NCBI RefSeq assembly: GCF_018977255.1
Contig: NW_024704742.1
Span: 21,392,001-21,456,000, forward strand
DNA length: 64,000 nucleotides
Source of the DNA: Callorhinchus milii
Taxonomy: Eukaryota
Reading direction: 5' to 3'
In this document: piece by piece, positions 47,696-60,784 of the stretch
How the letters are laid out: each line of letters begins with the position of its first letter
How positions within the stretch are numbered: the stretch's first letter is position 1
The notes under the pieces: generated by a model
The model's input: the letters and a program-made list of their open reading frames with translations, nothing else
What the model was told of the DNA's origin: nothing
Database searches by the model: none
Program-made: the position numbers and the translations under genes

Positions 47696-49249
47696 AAAAT
47701 GATAAATAAAAGCCCATTATAATAGTTGCATCAATACCAACAACTTGCATTTATATAGCGCCTCTCACAAAGGGTAGCTCCCAGAGCGCTTAAGGTCTCA
47801 ATAACATTCTCATCCCAAATGCAAATGAACTGCCTACTCATTTCATTGTTTGTGGGCAAATTTGGTACCTATTGGCTGCTTTGCTTACCTACATGACATT
47901 CTAACAATTCTCATTCTGTAAAGTGCTTTGAGGCATTTTTTTATATGAAAGGCAGGATATAAATTTCAGTTGTTGTTGAAGTCAAAAGAGAAGGATTGCT
48001 TAGTGAAGATGGAAGTCTAATAACTCCTGATGTAAACAGTAATAGTCAGGCAATGGGATGAGTTGGACAGATGAATGGATTGACTTCAAGCTCCTCACTC
48101 TCATGTACAAATCCCTAGCACTTCCCTACCTCTCCGATCTTCTCGTGCCCCACTCCTCTGCCCACTCGCTCTGCTTAGATAACACAAGCATTACCCCAAC
48201 CCCTCTGGGCCATCATCAATGATGTGGCTTCCCCCCGCACCACGCTCAGCACCGGAGTATGCAGGTTGTGTAAATTCCCACCAGTCTCCACGTTGAGTCT
48301 GTAGCAATCAATTGAATTACCTATGACGGCTGCAATGCTCAATAATCATGCTTTTTTCTCTTCACATTTTGCAGGTGGAAGTCAGATTTCGCTGTGAAGT
48401 TTTTGTGGTGAAGATCAATTTCAGGAATGTGAACTTTGTGCGCTCCTCGTGCCGGACCTCACTCCTCACTTTCCAGCTCCGACTCTGTGATTGGCAGGAA
48501 CCCAGGGGCGAGGAGCAACAGGTCATCTCCAGGCATACACAAATCTTGCGTTCTTGAAATAAGCTTTCTGCAGGGAAAACTTCAATACATTGACGATGGA
48601 TGCACTAGGAAAGTTTTGAATTTCTGCTTTTACTTTGAAAGAATGTCAGTGATCATAATGCAAGGGCTGGATATATTAGCTTTCACTGTCTATGCGGTGC
48701 TATCCCATAGAATGGTTCATTTCATTTCATGGCGTCTCTCACAGATGTGGGGGTAAGGTAGCGGGAGAGGGCACATGTTCACATACACAATGTTTGTGCT
48801 TAGATTATTGCAGTTGACAGACCACAGAGACTAAACAGCCAGACTTTGCTCACTCCTTATTTAATAATAACAGCCCATTTCAGAATGAGCGAGAGTTCTA
48901 TTCAGCAGCTGCGAAAAAACAGTTAACAGCTGGAATCACTGAACTTTCAGAGAAAGTTAGCGCATTAAATTAATCAGAGGAGGGGAAGAGAGGCTGGTTG
49001 CAAATCAAATGTGCACATGTCATTCAGATGAGACGTCAATCCGACGTTCAGGTAGAGGTTAAAGATCCCATGACACTATTCGAAAAAAGGGTCCTGGCCG
49101 ATAATTCTCCAGATAAAAGTTTGGTCATTCACTTCATGCCTGTTCGTGGAATATTGCTATATTGTATACAAATTGGCTGCCAAAGTTGCCTAAAAATACA
49201 GCGTAAATGTTGTGAAGCACTTTGAAATGTTCTCCCGCTGTGAAAGGTA

Positions 49250-49559
49250 ATAATAATAATAATCCTCGCATTTGATGTAGCGCTTTTCACGTCAGGAGGA
49301 CGTCCCAAAGCGCTTCACAGAACACACTGTAAAGTGAATTGACAGTATATTTGTGGGCGAACGCGGCAGTCAATTGCACACAGCAATGTCCCACAAACAG
49401 TTGTGGATTGAAAATGACCAATTTATTATTGTTTTTGGTCTTGGAGGGATTAGGCGTGTGGAGTAAGGAAACTTGCCCAAGGTTTCGCCCTGTCTGGAAT
49501 TGAACTCAGGTCTACTCGCTTGCAAAGCGAGTGCTCTAACCACTGAGCTACAGGACTCC
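49250..49559 (-). mobile_element. Young tRNA-Ala-like SINE, short subfamily, inserted into the tail of an older + strand Deu SINE (about 49025-49590)
   Basis: Full head and tail; TSD aggta at 49245-49249 and 49560-49564; removal restores tgaaaggtactaaatcaaatgcaa. Confidence 0.93.
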
Positions 49560-51136
49560 AGGTACTAAATCAAATGCAATAATTATTATTACTAATTAGC
49601 ACAATGAACAAATTTTGAAATGTCATTAATTTCACCCAGAATATTCAAAGATGATGTATATTTTAGAGCTTCTGATACTTCACAATCGGGAGCTGAGTAA
49701 GACCCAATGAAGTATGGATCCCAAATCTTGACAGCTTACAGCAGGCAGGTACTTTTAATAGCTGGCAAATACAAGATGTATGTAAAATTGAGCAATGAGA
49801 TCAATAGAGTGAGAAAATATACAAGTAAATTCACTTTATAGTATATTCTGTGAAGCGCTTTGAGACGTCTCGAAGACGTCAAATGCAAGGATTATTATTA
49901 TTATAACATTTGACCCAAAATTCCAATCTTAGCCCGTTATACCATTTTACCTTAAAATAGTGCAGAATTGAGGACTCGGAAGTGAATCCTTCCCCACCCC
50001 TACTCCCCAGACCATTGTTACCTATTGCCTGTTTTTGACAGCATTTGTAGTCACTGTTACAAGCCGCAATTTTGACCTTCCTGTTTCTTGGGGAGTATGA
50101 ATTGAGCAATCTAATTTGTCTCAGTTTGCACACCTCTATAATTTAGCTAACTTTAAGAGAAAAAAAGAATCATGGAGAGGGGCTCATGATTATTGGGTCC
50201 TTCTTTACAATCTTATTCAGGAAAGAAAAGAATCCACAAGAGTTGTAAAAGTTAGTGCAAAAGTAACCCACAGGTCAGATTTTCATGTCTGGCGAGAAGG
50301 ATGGAGATGACTGTGTCTCAGAATCCTGAGCAATTATCCATAAAGAAGGGCAAAAGGGCAAACAATGTAGTTGAGAGCAATTTCTGAGGACTCCTCAGTC
50401 ACAAAACAGGTGTTCTCTGCGAGGATTAAGGAATTATATCCAGAGCTTCTGTGTCAGAGCACTTCACAGCCCTCGAGGCTGCCAGGACACAGAAAGTGAT
50501 CTCGACTTGTTAGCTGGTGGCTTCAGCATTTTTGGGATGACTTTGTATACCCAGAGTATTTGAGTCCGGCATTTCCAGAAGCATCAATGTGATAGAAGGC
50601 ATTCATCGTTGGATTCCTTTCACTGTTGGACATTCGGCAAATCAGCATCACTTTACGGACACTGTTGAGCACTTTCAACACTGACATCATAGAAGCTCCA
50701 GTTGAGAAGCAAGATGAAGAAATGGGCAGAAACCCACAGAGAAATCTCCAGTGAGCAGAATTACACATTACGTGTCCGTTCGGTGAAATGGGTTATAAAA
50801 CACAAATGCCGCTATAATATCACTGTAACAAATCGCATTTCAAGCTAGATCCTGAAATGTAAGTTTCAACAATTGGTGTTGGCAGCAAGGTCAAATTGTA
50901 ATTTGTAGCCGGGGGCAACTGACCTGAAGAGGATTAACAGACATGTTTGGGAAAGAGGAGAAACCGTCAAACATCAGAGAGTTACTACCAGCATTGAAAT
51001 TCCCAAGGGCTGTAGGACTACATACTACCTTGCTTCCCATAGTTTGGTTTGAAACTCCTCAGAGACCTTGGTGGTCTCCAAAAACAAGAAGAAGCGAAAG
51101 ATTTAAAGTGCAGTAAAGGCCTTTAGCATAAACTAG

Positions 51137-51360
51137 TAATGATAATCCTTGCATTCTCTATAGCGCCTTTCACAGGATGTAGTGTGAAGTGTAGTGGCTG
51201 TTTATTTTGTAAGCACACACAGCAGCCAATTTGCGCACAGCAATGCCTCACAAACAGTCATAAAATGAAAAACTATATTGGTAAGGACACTGGGAGAGAT
51301 TTCCTTCACTTTCTGAATAGTTCCATTGGATCTTTAATGTCCACCTGAACAGACAGAATG
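51137..51360 (-). mobile_element. Deu-type SINE fragment
   Basis: ataatccttgcattctctatagcgcctttcac...cagccaatttgcgcacagcaatg...ggatctttaatgtccacctgaacagacag. Confidence 0.78.
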
Positions 51361-51617
51361 CAACTAACACTAAACCCGAGTGAAGCCTAAGGCAGATCCA
51401 TCTCTCGCTCTCATTTTTCTCTGTTGTTTTTTCCACATACATTCACTAATTACTTTCACTTGGTCTTGTATTCCCTCCTTCAAATCTGTGCATTTTCTCT
51501 CATACAAATGCTGAATCAGTTCAGTCACACGCATTAGAGTAAAAATTCCACTTAGTGCTACGCGTAATGCTTTTGCCAGATGCCAAAATACCATGGGCGG
51601 CCAACATTGTCTTTGGC

Positions 51618-51919
51618 AATAATAATAATAATCCTTGCATTTGATATAGCGCCTTTGAGGTGTCTCAAAATGATTCACAGAATATACTTTAAAGGGAATT
51701 GACTGTATATTTGTGGGCAAAACACGGCATCCAATTGCGCACAGCAGTGTCCCACAAACAGTCGTGGATTGAGTGACCAAATTATTATTTTTTTCTTGAG
51801 GGATTATTATCAGGCATGTGGAGTAAGGAAACTTGCCAAGGTTTTGCCCTGGCAGGAATTGAACCCAGGTTTCTTGCTTGTGAGGCGAGTGCTTTAACTA
51901 CTGAGCTACAGGATTCCAC
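51618..51919 (-). mobile_element. tRNA-Ala-like SINE, short body with older diagnostic positions (intermediate type)
   Basis: Lacks the long middle segment but keeps gagtgacc and a ctcAcaa anticodon loop. Confidence 0.88.
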
Positions 51920-52214
51920 GAGTACCGATGTACTACAAACAGTCATGGATTGAGCAACCAAATTATTATTATTATTTTTTGGATAGATTATTACTCCCGG
52001 AAAAGCTCACTGAATCTATGATAGTGCCAGCCCTTCAAACTAGAGGTGTTTACTTTAGTTACAGTTCTCTGCTTGTTTTCCATTAATTCTATAGAAAACA
52101 GACTTATCTTATCAATGGCCTCTAATTTGCAATATTTATAAACTGGGTTTACTTTGTTATGTCCACTTAACAAAATGGGAATATCAAAAGTAGTTTGATT
52201 CGCGATATTCACAA

Positions 52215-52540
52215 AATAATAATAATAATAATCCTTGCATTTGATATAGCGCTTTTCACGTCGGGAGGACGTCCCAAAGCGCTTCACAGAACACACTGCA
52301 AAGTGAATTGACTGTATATTTGTGGGCGAACGCAGCAGCCAATTGCGCACAGCAATGTCCCACAAACAGTCGTAGATTGAAAATGACCAATTTATTATTG
52401 TTTTGGGTTTTGGAGAGATTATTATTAGGCTCTGTGTGGAGTAAGGAAACTTGCACAAGGTTTCGCCCTCTGCCTGGAATTGATTTCAGGTCTCTCACTT
52501 GCAAAGCGAGTGCTCTAACCACTGAGCTACGGGACTCCAC
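52215..52540 (-). mobile_element. Young tRNA-Ala-like SINE, short subfamily
   Basis: Near-identical to the 25203 and 25955 copies, including ggctctgtgtggag and gtcgtagatt. Confidence 0.95.
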
Positions 52541-53462
52541 TAAATGATCCCTAAAAGTAAAATCAGCAAAGTCCAAATAAAGACTGGCAAGTATATCATG
52601 CAAATGAAACAGCTTCTAATATTCACACACTGGAAGTCACCATTAACACAGAGAATCTGGTTTTACAAATATGATGTGGGCATTGGTTGCGGAGTGCAAC
52701 CGGACTCCAAAATGCCTCACCTTTCTAAGGCATGGAAGGAACAGGCTGTACAAACAGGCTGTACACTCCAACTCAAGTTAGCACAGGTCTCTGTGGAGAC
52801 ACACAGCCCTTGCTTATTGCACAGTAAAGGAGAGCTGGGTTATACAATATACCTCGCTGGTGTATCATTCAATATCAAGTTACCTTCTGATAGGTCAAAG
52901 CTCTTCTGGAAATAATAGAGTGAAATGAAGAACGTGTGAACGTTTACAAATCTGCTGCCATGGAATAACAGATATTCCATAGCACATTGAACTAACAGCA
53001 AGAGGCCCTAACAGTTATTTTTCTCTCTTATTTTGTTTTGTAGATTAAAGCATCGGTACTTCATTGCTTTGTCAGTGAGTAAACAAAAAAAATGAACTTC
53101 ATGAGAAATGGAAAGATAAGTGCCTAGCAGTAATGACATGTTTGCCCTTTTGGAGATTAATGGGACAAAAACCTTGTGAATATACAATGGATAGGATGTT
53201 TAGTCCACCTCAGTGAACCAAAAGGCCCAGGTGACTTCCTCTCCACCAACAGTTACGACAGTGGGATCCTCACAGGAAAACCCTTCACTCACACAGTTTA
53301 CGAGCTGTGTTTGGAGAGCATTGGAGAATCTCTTATGGAGACTCTTAGAAAACTAGTTGGGTGTTATTATCCGCATCTGCACGGTGATGTTAAATAAAGG
53401 ATCCTGCTTTGAAAAGGTCATGAGGGCACTTTGTGACAGAATGCAATTAAAGAAAATTCCTT

Positions 53463-53730
53463 TCTGTTTACCTAGCAGTAAGCAGGAAACCTGGTTGTTA
53501 ATCGACTGGGGGATCACTTTCCGAAGGTAATAATCACTCCCCCAAAAAAATAAATAAATAAAATTGGTCACTCACTTCACGGCTGTTTGTGGGATACTGC
53601 TTTATGCAATTGGCTGCTGCGCTTTCCCACAAAATGCATAGTCAATCCACTTTACAATGTATTCTGTGAGGCGCTGTGAGATGTCTCAATGACATGATAA
53701 GGTGCTATATCAATAGCAATTATTATTATG
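53463..53730 (+). mobile_element. 5'-truncated long-subfamily SINE
   Basis: ctgtttacctagcagtaagcaggaaacctggttgttaatcgac...gtgggatactgc...tgataaggtgctatatc. Confidence 0.82.
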
Positions 53731-53957
53731 AGAAATAATCATCACTGTGTTTACAGAGGCACAGCGCAATGATATGAATCATTTCAAAACGCATCACTGC
53801 GGTCCAACATGTAATTTAAATTTAGGAATTCAAAGTATTGAATAGGAATTAACCCAGATGTTCTATTATTTAATTATCAATTTTATCAGCTTCTACACCT
53901 AATAATTGCCTGTGTTTAACAAACAGGTTAAGAATCATACAGAGGAGACCTCCTAGT

Positions 53958-54178
53958 CCTTTGAATGAGATGTTAAACCAAAGTTCCATCTGTCTGTTCA
54001 AGTGGATGTTAAAGAGATCCCATGGCACTATTCAAAAAGTGAAGAGAGTTTCTCCCGGTGTCCTGGCCAACAATCCTCCCAAAATCTACCAATGAATTCA
54101 TAGCCGTAAAGCACATTTTCAGTCATCCTCCAGACATGAAAGACATTATATCAAATGCAAGGAATATTATATTATTAT
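53958..54178 (+). mobile_element. Deu-type SINE fragment
   Basis: gaatgagatgttaaaccaaag...gtggatgttaaagagatcccatggcactattc...cccggtgtcctggccaacaatcctccc. Confidence 0.8.
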
Positions 54179-57130
54179 GACAGTTGGAGGTGATTTTCTG
54201 CTTAATGGACTTCTAGGAAGTTATTTGGCCATAAATGCATTCAACACCCACCCATGGGGAACATGGTATTTTCTTATAAGTAACACCTCACCTTCCACCT
54301 TTACATTCAGGAAATGAACCTCTTGAGCCCTATAAAACGCCAGAGGGCTGGTAATTTAGATGCTTTGATAGCAATGTTTTACCTAATGCTACAGAGACTA
54401 GAAAGGCAATGTTTGCTGAAACGGAGGCAAGTGACATACTGGAGGAGACATCACTGGGGAGAACAATGATGTTTAGCAAAAGCATCCTCCAGGAACCACA
54501 CGTTGGAGGTAATAATCTAGTGTTCGAATACCATCTTGATGCAGTAAAGGAATTGGCAGGAGACCAGAGAAAGGAAGGAAGAACTTTTTTGAGTGTCTCC
54601 TAAAGTGATATTTATTGTCAATTTTTGAAGGCAGTGGTGAATAATCATTAATCTGGAAGAGTGTTAGTCAGGGAACCGGGAGAAACTCCCTCCTACTTTC
54701 AAATAATGACATATGATCTAAAAAAGAGGTAAATGGAGCCTCAGTTTAATATTTCGTCCGAAAGGCCACATTTTCTACAATGCATCGCTACTCCATTACT
54801 GCACCGGAGTGCCAGTTAAGACTAAGCGCTCAAGCCTGGCATTAAATTTGTACATTGTGAACAAGTACAATGTACGGACTAAATGTTGTATGAACTCAGT
54901 ATAGGCCTTAGTATCATAAATTCAGAAAGTCAGAAATCAGTGGAGTGATCAAACATTCACTTAATTTGTGGCCTTCAAATTAGCTGCCAATTATAAACTC
55001 TACTTCTTGAATGCGAAACTTTGCTCAGCACCAACTCCCATTAAAATAGGGCATTTCATCTGAAAGAGTTGTCTCAAACCTTGAGATAAATTATAAATGA
55101 ATTGAATGTTGTTAAAAAGGAAATGCCACAGCTAATTTGCACATCCTACAAATCGCAATAATAAACCACCAATTAATTATAATTTCAGGGGCGGAATTTA
55201 ATAATCCTTGCATTTGATATAGCACCTTTCATGTCAGGAGGACATCTCAAAGTGCTTCACAGGATGTACTGAAAAGTGGTGTGACTGTGTGTATTGTAGG
55301 TTGAGGAACGCATATAAGCATTCCTTTCAATAGTAGTAGGAGGATGGGGTGGGAGAGGTCTTTCACTTCATCAGGTATTAATAAAACGGCAGAGCATTTA
55401 CTTGATGGTTATTGCACTGCATTAATTATAAGAGGGTGCTTTACAAGCAGTTCTGAGCATCGAGTAGGGAGCTGCGGTCCACTTCAGGCTTTATTATTAA
55501 TTGAGAAATGGATTACTGCGTTATTAGTGTCGGTCTGAGAGCTCGACCCCGACTGACACTAAAAAAGACTGTCTTTTCTTCACAACCCTAATTCCTTTAT
55601 TTCCTGGCCGGTCTCAAACCTTTTACAAGGACTGATCTGTGTGCTGCTCAAGGCCAAGCTACAATTATTTCAATTCAATTGAAAAGGAACGGTAAAGCAA
55701 GGTCAGCCAAGGGATTTTCTAGGGGATTAAGAGTGAGAAAGGTCATATTTTCATGACGTCCATTAATCATGGTGCTGTTGAAACATTGCGAAAGAAGCAG
55801 GCATCCAGTTCATCAAAGCAGAGTCAGCCTTATAGCGACCGGTGTTTTACCAGCGGAAGAGGGCATCTTCTGGGGGTAATAATCCTTCACAAAAAACACA
55901 ATTTGGTCACTTGATCCACGATTGCTGTGCGTAATTGGCTGCCATGTTTTGCCCACAAAATACACAGTCAATCCACAATATGAACTGATGCTACTGCCTT
56001 TCATCCTGCCCAATTATAGTGTAGCTGTCAGCTATCTGTGAAAGTTTACTTTTAGTGATAATAATAATAGTCCTTGAATTTGATGTAAAGCCAATCACAT
56101 CTTTGAGATGTCTTAAAGAGCTTCACAGAATATACTATAAAGTGAATTGACTGTATATTTTGTGGGCGAAATGTTTTCTGACAAGTCCTGGGCTCTGAAA
56201 ATTATTCTTTAAAAAAAAGAGCAATTTCCGTCAGGGAATTGCTTTTAAGTGTTCCAATTCTGCAAGCCCCATTCTTTTCTTATAACATAACCTCAGCACA
56301 GACGGCTAAGGTTCACCCTAGTCTTTGGAATTAACGCCTTTGCTTTCAGTCTATTACCATTAAAGCGACTTTTGCAAATTACATTTCTAGGATGCAGAAA
56401 TGAAGCACTAAGACAGCACCAATAAGCAATCATTAACTATGTAATTATTATACTCTTTAATGCATATCATAACATGAGAATTCTCAGTTTTGTTACATTT
56501 GATGGTTACTAAGTTTACTGTTAGAACAAATTAAAGCCTATGAGCCAAACTGTTGTAAAATGGCCCTATGGAATCCTGGCCAGCAATCCTCCAGATAAAT
56601 TGGTCACGGCTGATGTGGGACTTTGCTAAGCTCACAATATCTGCTGTATGTGTCTGCATTTGATAGTAATTACCCATGAAGTGTTTTAAGCGACTTAATA
56701 AGGCACTATGATACCGCAACTTCAGAATAGTTATATGGTATACGCAAAAGACATTGTTGAAATGGCTCCATCCCTTTATTCTAACAGAAGTTCTGACAGT
56801 TCAGGTGTGCAGTGGACTGAGACTGTAATAAGGTAGGCTGTGGTCATGCTCATCACTGACTGTAGTACACAAACTGTTGCTGTCGCTTAAGAAATTCCAA
56901 TTATGTTGCAAATTACAACTTTTGCAAAAGGGCGCAAGAGATTGTTTATGCAACAAAGCAGAGCTCTCATTAAGACGCCAAGAATTTTCACGCAGGCCTT
57001 CAATATACACGAGTGACCGACCATGCTAAGAAACTGTTTACACCACATTGTTACTGCACGTGATGGGAATTACTGTGTACCACTTTGAGAACTTTCGACA
57101 ATACAATTAAAATGCAAGACTTCTACATAT

Positions 57131-57470
57131 TAGCCTAGTTCAGATGGTAGCACTTTTGCCTCTGAGTCAGAAGATGGTGCGTAGAAATCCCAAATCAGGG
57201 CTTTGAATCTACAGACTAGGCTGACATTCCAATGCAGTACTGGGGATGTGCTGCATTATTGTTGGTGCCAACCTTCGGTTCTGATGGGATGAATTAAACC
57301 AGGGTTCCTCCTGCCTATTCAGGTCCACATTAAAGATCCCATGGCAGTGTTCGAAAAGGGAAGGGAGTTTTTCCTCGGTGTCTTGGCCAACAGTTTATTT
57401 CATGGCTGTTTGTAGGACATTGCTGTGTGCAAATTGCTGCTGCATTTGCCACAATCCACTCACACACTTT
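57131..57470 (+). mobile_element. Old Deu-type SINE (SacSINE1-like)
   Basis: agcctagttcagatggtagcacttttgcctctgagtcagaag head; ctaggctgacattccaatgcagtactg; taaagatcccatggca; ggacattgctgtgtgcaaattgctgc. Confidence 0.85.
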
Positions 57471-57524
57471 AAGCATGCTTGCCACACTCTGAAGGACAAT
57501 TTCATGTGTGATGGCTGCTTGTCA

Positions 57525-57890
57525 GCATCTTGCCTAAGTGGCCTTTCTGATGCATGAGCCCAGTGAACGAGCTATGGCAGAATATACTTCATGGGAGAGG
57601 GGGGGAGGGGCATCAAGGTCCACTCTGAACCTGTTCCCCACTGATATCTACAGACATTTTCCAGCAGAAGACACTGGATAGGGATAAGGAGAGGGAATCC
57701 TAATGGAGAGGGAATCCTGGCTTATTTAGCAAGGGCCAACAAGTGCTCCAAGATACTATCCCATGTGAAGGGCGCTATAGAAATGCAAGTTGTTGATTTT
57801 TGTTTGTTGATTTTTACCCCTTCCTGAGCCCAGTGAGTGTGAAGCTAATTGTAACACTCTTATAGCCTAGATCAGCTACTTCAGCTCAAA
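57525..57890 (-). mobile_element. Ancient tRNA-SINE copy (AmnSINE2-like family) with a small L2-tail insert (about 57745-57795)
   Basis: cttgcctaagtggcc...catgagccc...ttccagcagaagacactggatag...ctaattgtaac...agatcagctacttcagc. Confidence 0.6.
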
Positions 57891-58051
57891 TCAATGATAA
57901 AATCTACTGCCTTTCAATTCTGGCAGAGTTTCAGCCAGTTTCACATCTGCTGAACTGCTGTGGGATGTTGTGTCCCATCTGTGGTTCTGCACTGGCACAC
58001 TTTCTGAAATACTTTTACATCGAGCTTTGTTTTGATCAACCAGGTGTTGAA

Positions 58052-58405
58052 ATAATAATAATCCTTGCACTTGATATAGCGCCTTATCACTGCATTGAGA
58101 CATCTCAAAGCGGGATATATTGTGAAGTGGATTGAATATGTATTTGTGGGCAAAACTCTGCAGCCAATTGCACAGAGCAGTGTCCCACAAACAGTCGTGG
58201 ACTGAGTGACCACATTTATTTTTGGAGAGATTATTACCTGTGGAAAGCGATCCGCTAATCGACTAACAATCGGGTTCCTACTTACTGTTATAAGCAGCGG
58301 CGTGTGGAGTAAGGAAACTTGCCTAAGGTTTTGTCCCGCATGGGAATCAAACCCGGTTCCTCTCGCTTGCGAGGCGAGTGACAACCACTATGCTACAGGA
58401 CTCCA
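58052..58405 (-). mobile_element. tRNA-Ala-like SINE, long subfamily, full length
   Basis: Head ggagtcctgtagcatagtggttgtcactcgcctcgcaagcgagaggaaccgggtttgattccc, long middle, body, (TTA)n tail. Confidence 0.92.
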
Positions 58406-59873
58406 GTAATATTCAATGAGGGACGATATAACTAGCTGAATCGCACCCCTACTCTCTACCAAAAAAAATCTCGCTTTAACCTACTGAAATAAGTGAAACC
58501 TCACAACACATAAAATCTAGGTTGTTCTTATCAAAACACCCATCCTCTATCACCTTGCATTCACAAGGCAGTTTGAACCACATTAGTGACTGAGAACTCA
58601 GGGTGGACTCAAGCTTACAGGAACAGACCATTAGATTGTCTCTCTTTAGAAATATAGCTAGAGTCTCGAAACACGATAGCAGATATAAATCAACATGAGG
58701 GGTTCACAAGAGCATAACAAGGTCACTCTACCCAAGTGATGGTAGATAAATTCAGTCCTGATTAAAGGATTAATGGGACCCCAAATATCACGACCGACAA
58801 GGAGCTTTGTTTTTGATGGTAATTATTATCATAAGTAAACTATGACATCCCCAATCGCTGAAATGATATAATACATTACCAGCCTTTGAACGGTTAACAT
58901 ACTTAACCTCACTTTCATATGCTCCAGACTCCTCCATGACATTCAATTCCAATCCTAGTCCATGCTCAGTTAAAAGACGTTTGTCTGGTTAGAAAGCTGC
59001 TTTTAAAGTTTTTTTTTAAAAAAGACCATTATTTTGAAAAGATTCCGCTGGATCATTATATATATTTTTCTAAACTGTGTATGATAGTTTCAGATGGGTA
59101 AACAATCTTCTCAATGTTTTAAATATGGCTGAGATTGTGGGTATTTTAAAGCACACACCAAAGATGAAGTGCCACCAAATTCGTGGAAATTTGATGACAC
59201 AAAGATGTTGTTGTTCTGAAGGGATACCATTAACCCTTTGCACTCACCAGGAGTCAAAGGCTCTGTCAATATTGGTGGGGTGAAACTAAATCCCTTAGCA
59301 AAGCTAGAGAGATAAATGAATTTGAAACAACATACAATAATGCATTTGATATAGCACTTTATCACATTGATACACTTTGAGATGTCTCAAAGCACTTCAC
59401 AGAATGTATTTTGTGGGCTTTGAGATGTTTCATAAGACGCCTTGATAAGGCGCTATATCAAAGGCAAGGTTTATTATTGTTACAATACTCACCCTTGCCT
59501 TTTCTTTTCTTTTCTCAACACTTTCCTATGTGGTGAAGCATGCAGCCTCAGTAGGAATTTGGCTAAGTGGTTAGACTTGGTGTCCTTGTTTGCAATGAGG
59601 ATTAAGGAATGGATTTGAAATGTTGTATGTGTGTGTTTGTGTGTGTGTGCATGTGCATGTGTGAGAAGGATGAAGGTTCATCTCAGGACAGGGGAATCAG
59701 TGTGGCAAGAGCATAGCTTTAGTTATTTAAACTGCAGCACTGTTGACGGAGGCACGTGAAATCAGTGCTAAAGCCTCCACATTTCCATTCATTCCCATGA
59801 AATCCCAAGCAGTATCCACATAATTTTATGCTGGACAAGGCAGAGATGTTCCGGTCATGCATTTCTGACAGTG

Positions 59874-60083
59874 TAATAATAATAATCCTTGCATTTGATA
59901 TAGCGCTTTTTACGTCGGGAGGACGTCCCAAAGCGCTTCACAGAACACACTGTAAAGTGAATTGACTGTATATTTGTGGGCGAACGCGGCAGCCAATTAC
60001 GCACAGCAATGTCCCACAAACAGTCATGGATTGAAAATGACCAATTTATTATTGGTTTTTTTTTGTTTTTTTGGAGGGATTTT
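59874..60083 (-). mobile_element. Young short-subfamily SINE, 5'-truncated
   Basis: Tail and body nearly identical to the 52215 copy; stops after ttttggagggatt. Confidence 0.9.
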
Positions 60084-60784
60084 ATGATTGAAAGGCTGCA
60101 GTCAGTGAGGACTCAGAGAGCTGGGCAGATCGGATCGACTGTGTCAGCTTGGCTTTTGATAGCTCACGCCTGATCCTGAATGAAAGCTGGCGAGATCAGT
60201 CAGGCTGGTGGTCTCTGGCAATGCTTCCCCAATCGGGTGCAAGTCTGGTTCCAGGCAATATCGGGCTGAGGACAGCTAATGGGCTTGGTGCTGACGACAC
60301 CAATTGCCTTTGTTAAGTTTTAAGGAAAGGTAATCCGGGGGATGATGCTCTGGTTACAGACATCAAATGAAAAAGAAATTAGCTTCCTAAATCCACTGGT
60401 CTCTCTTGTTTACTTTGATTATCTGACGGGGTTAACAGCCAAAATGACAAGATCTTTAATAAGTAATGCGAGAAGACAAAACCAAATACAGAATTCGTAA
60501 AATGATCAAATTAGCTTACTTATACAGCTCCACATGATTAACTACTGTATCATTGTTCTTCATTTTAACAGTCAGTAAGAAAGAGAGGGAGGTGATCCTG
60601 AATTAGTTAGGTTTCATTGAAAAAATAAATCACGGGAAACATAAACTATTCTCGACTTCAAATCATTATTATTTCCATTTCTCCCATCAACATTGCTTTT
60701 GTATAAAAACATGCAGCCTGCAATGGGATGAAGCTTTAACCCTGAAATTTAGCAGCAATGAACAGCTTGTCAGGTTGCAGATCA

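Noticed and set aside
50116..50768. Purine-rich segment with short ORFs that might be exons
   Set aside because: No recognisable protein similarity, frames interrupted by stops and no consistent splice pair.
51991..52603. Recurring peptide family (WDIAVRNWL...[28 protein letters not shown]) in many small ORFs
   Set aside because: All are translations of the same SINE, not a gene family.
55344..55538. RVGSC motif resembling the UFM1 C-terminus (UFM1 neighbours FREM2 in human)
   Set aside because: Upstream residues do not match UFM1 (GNVFLKHGSELR), no stop follows the motif and there is no suitable acceptor; coincidence.
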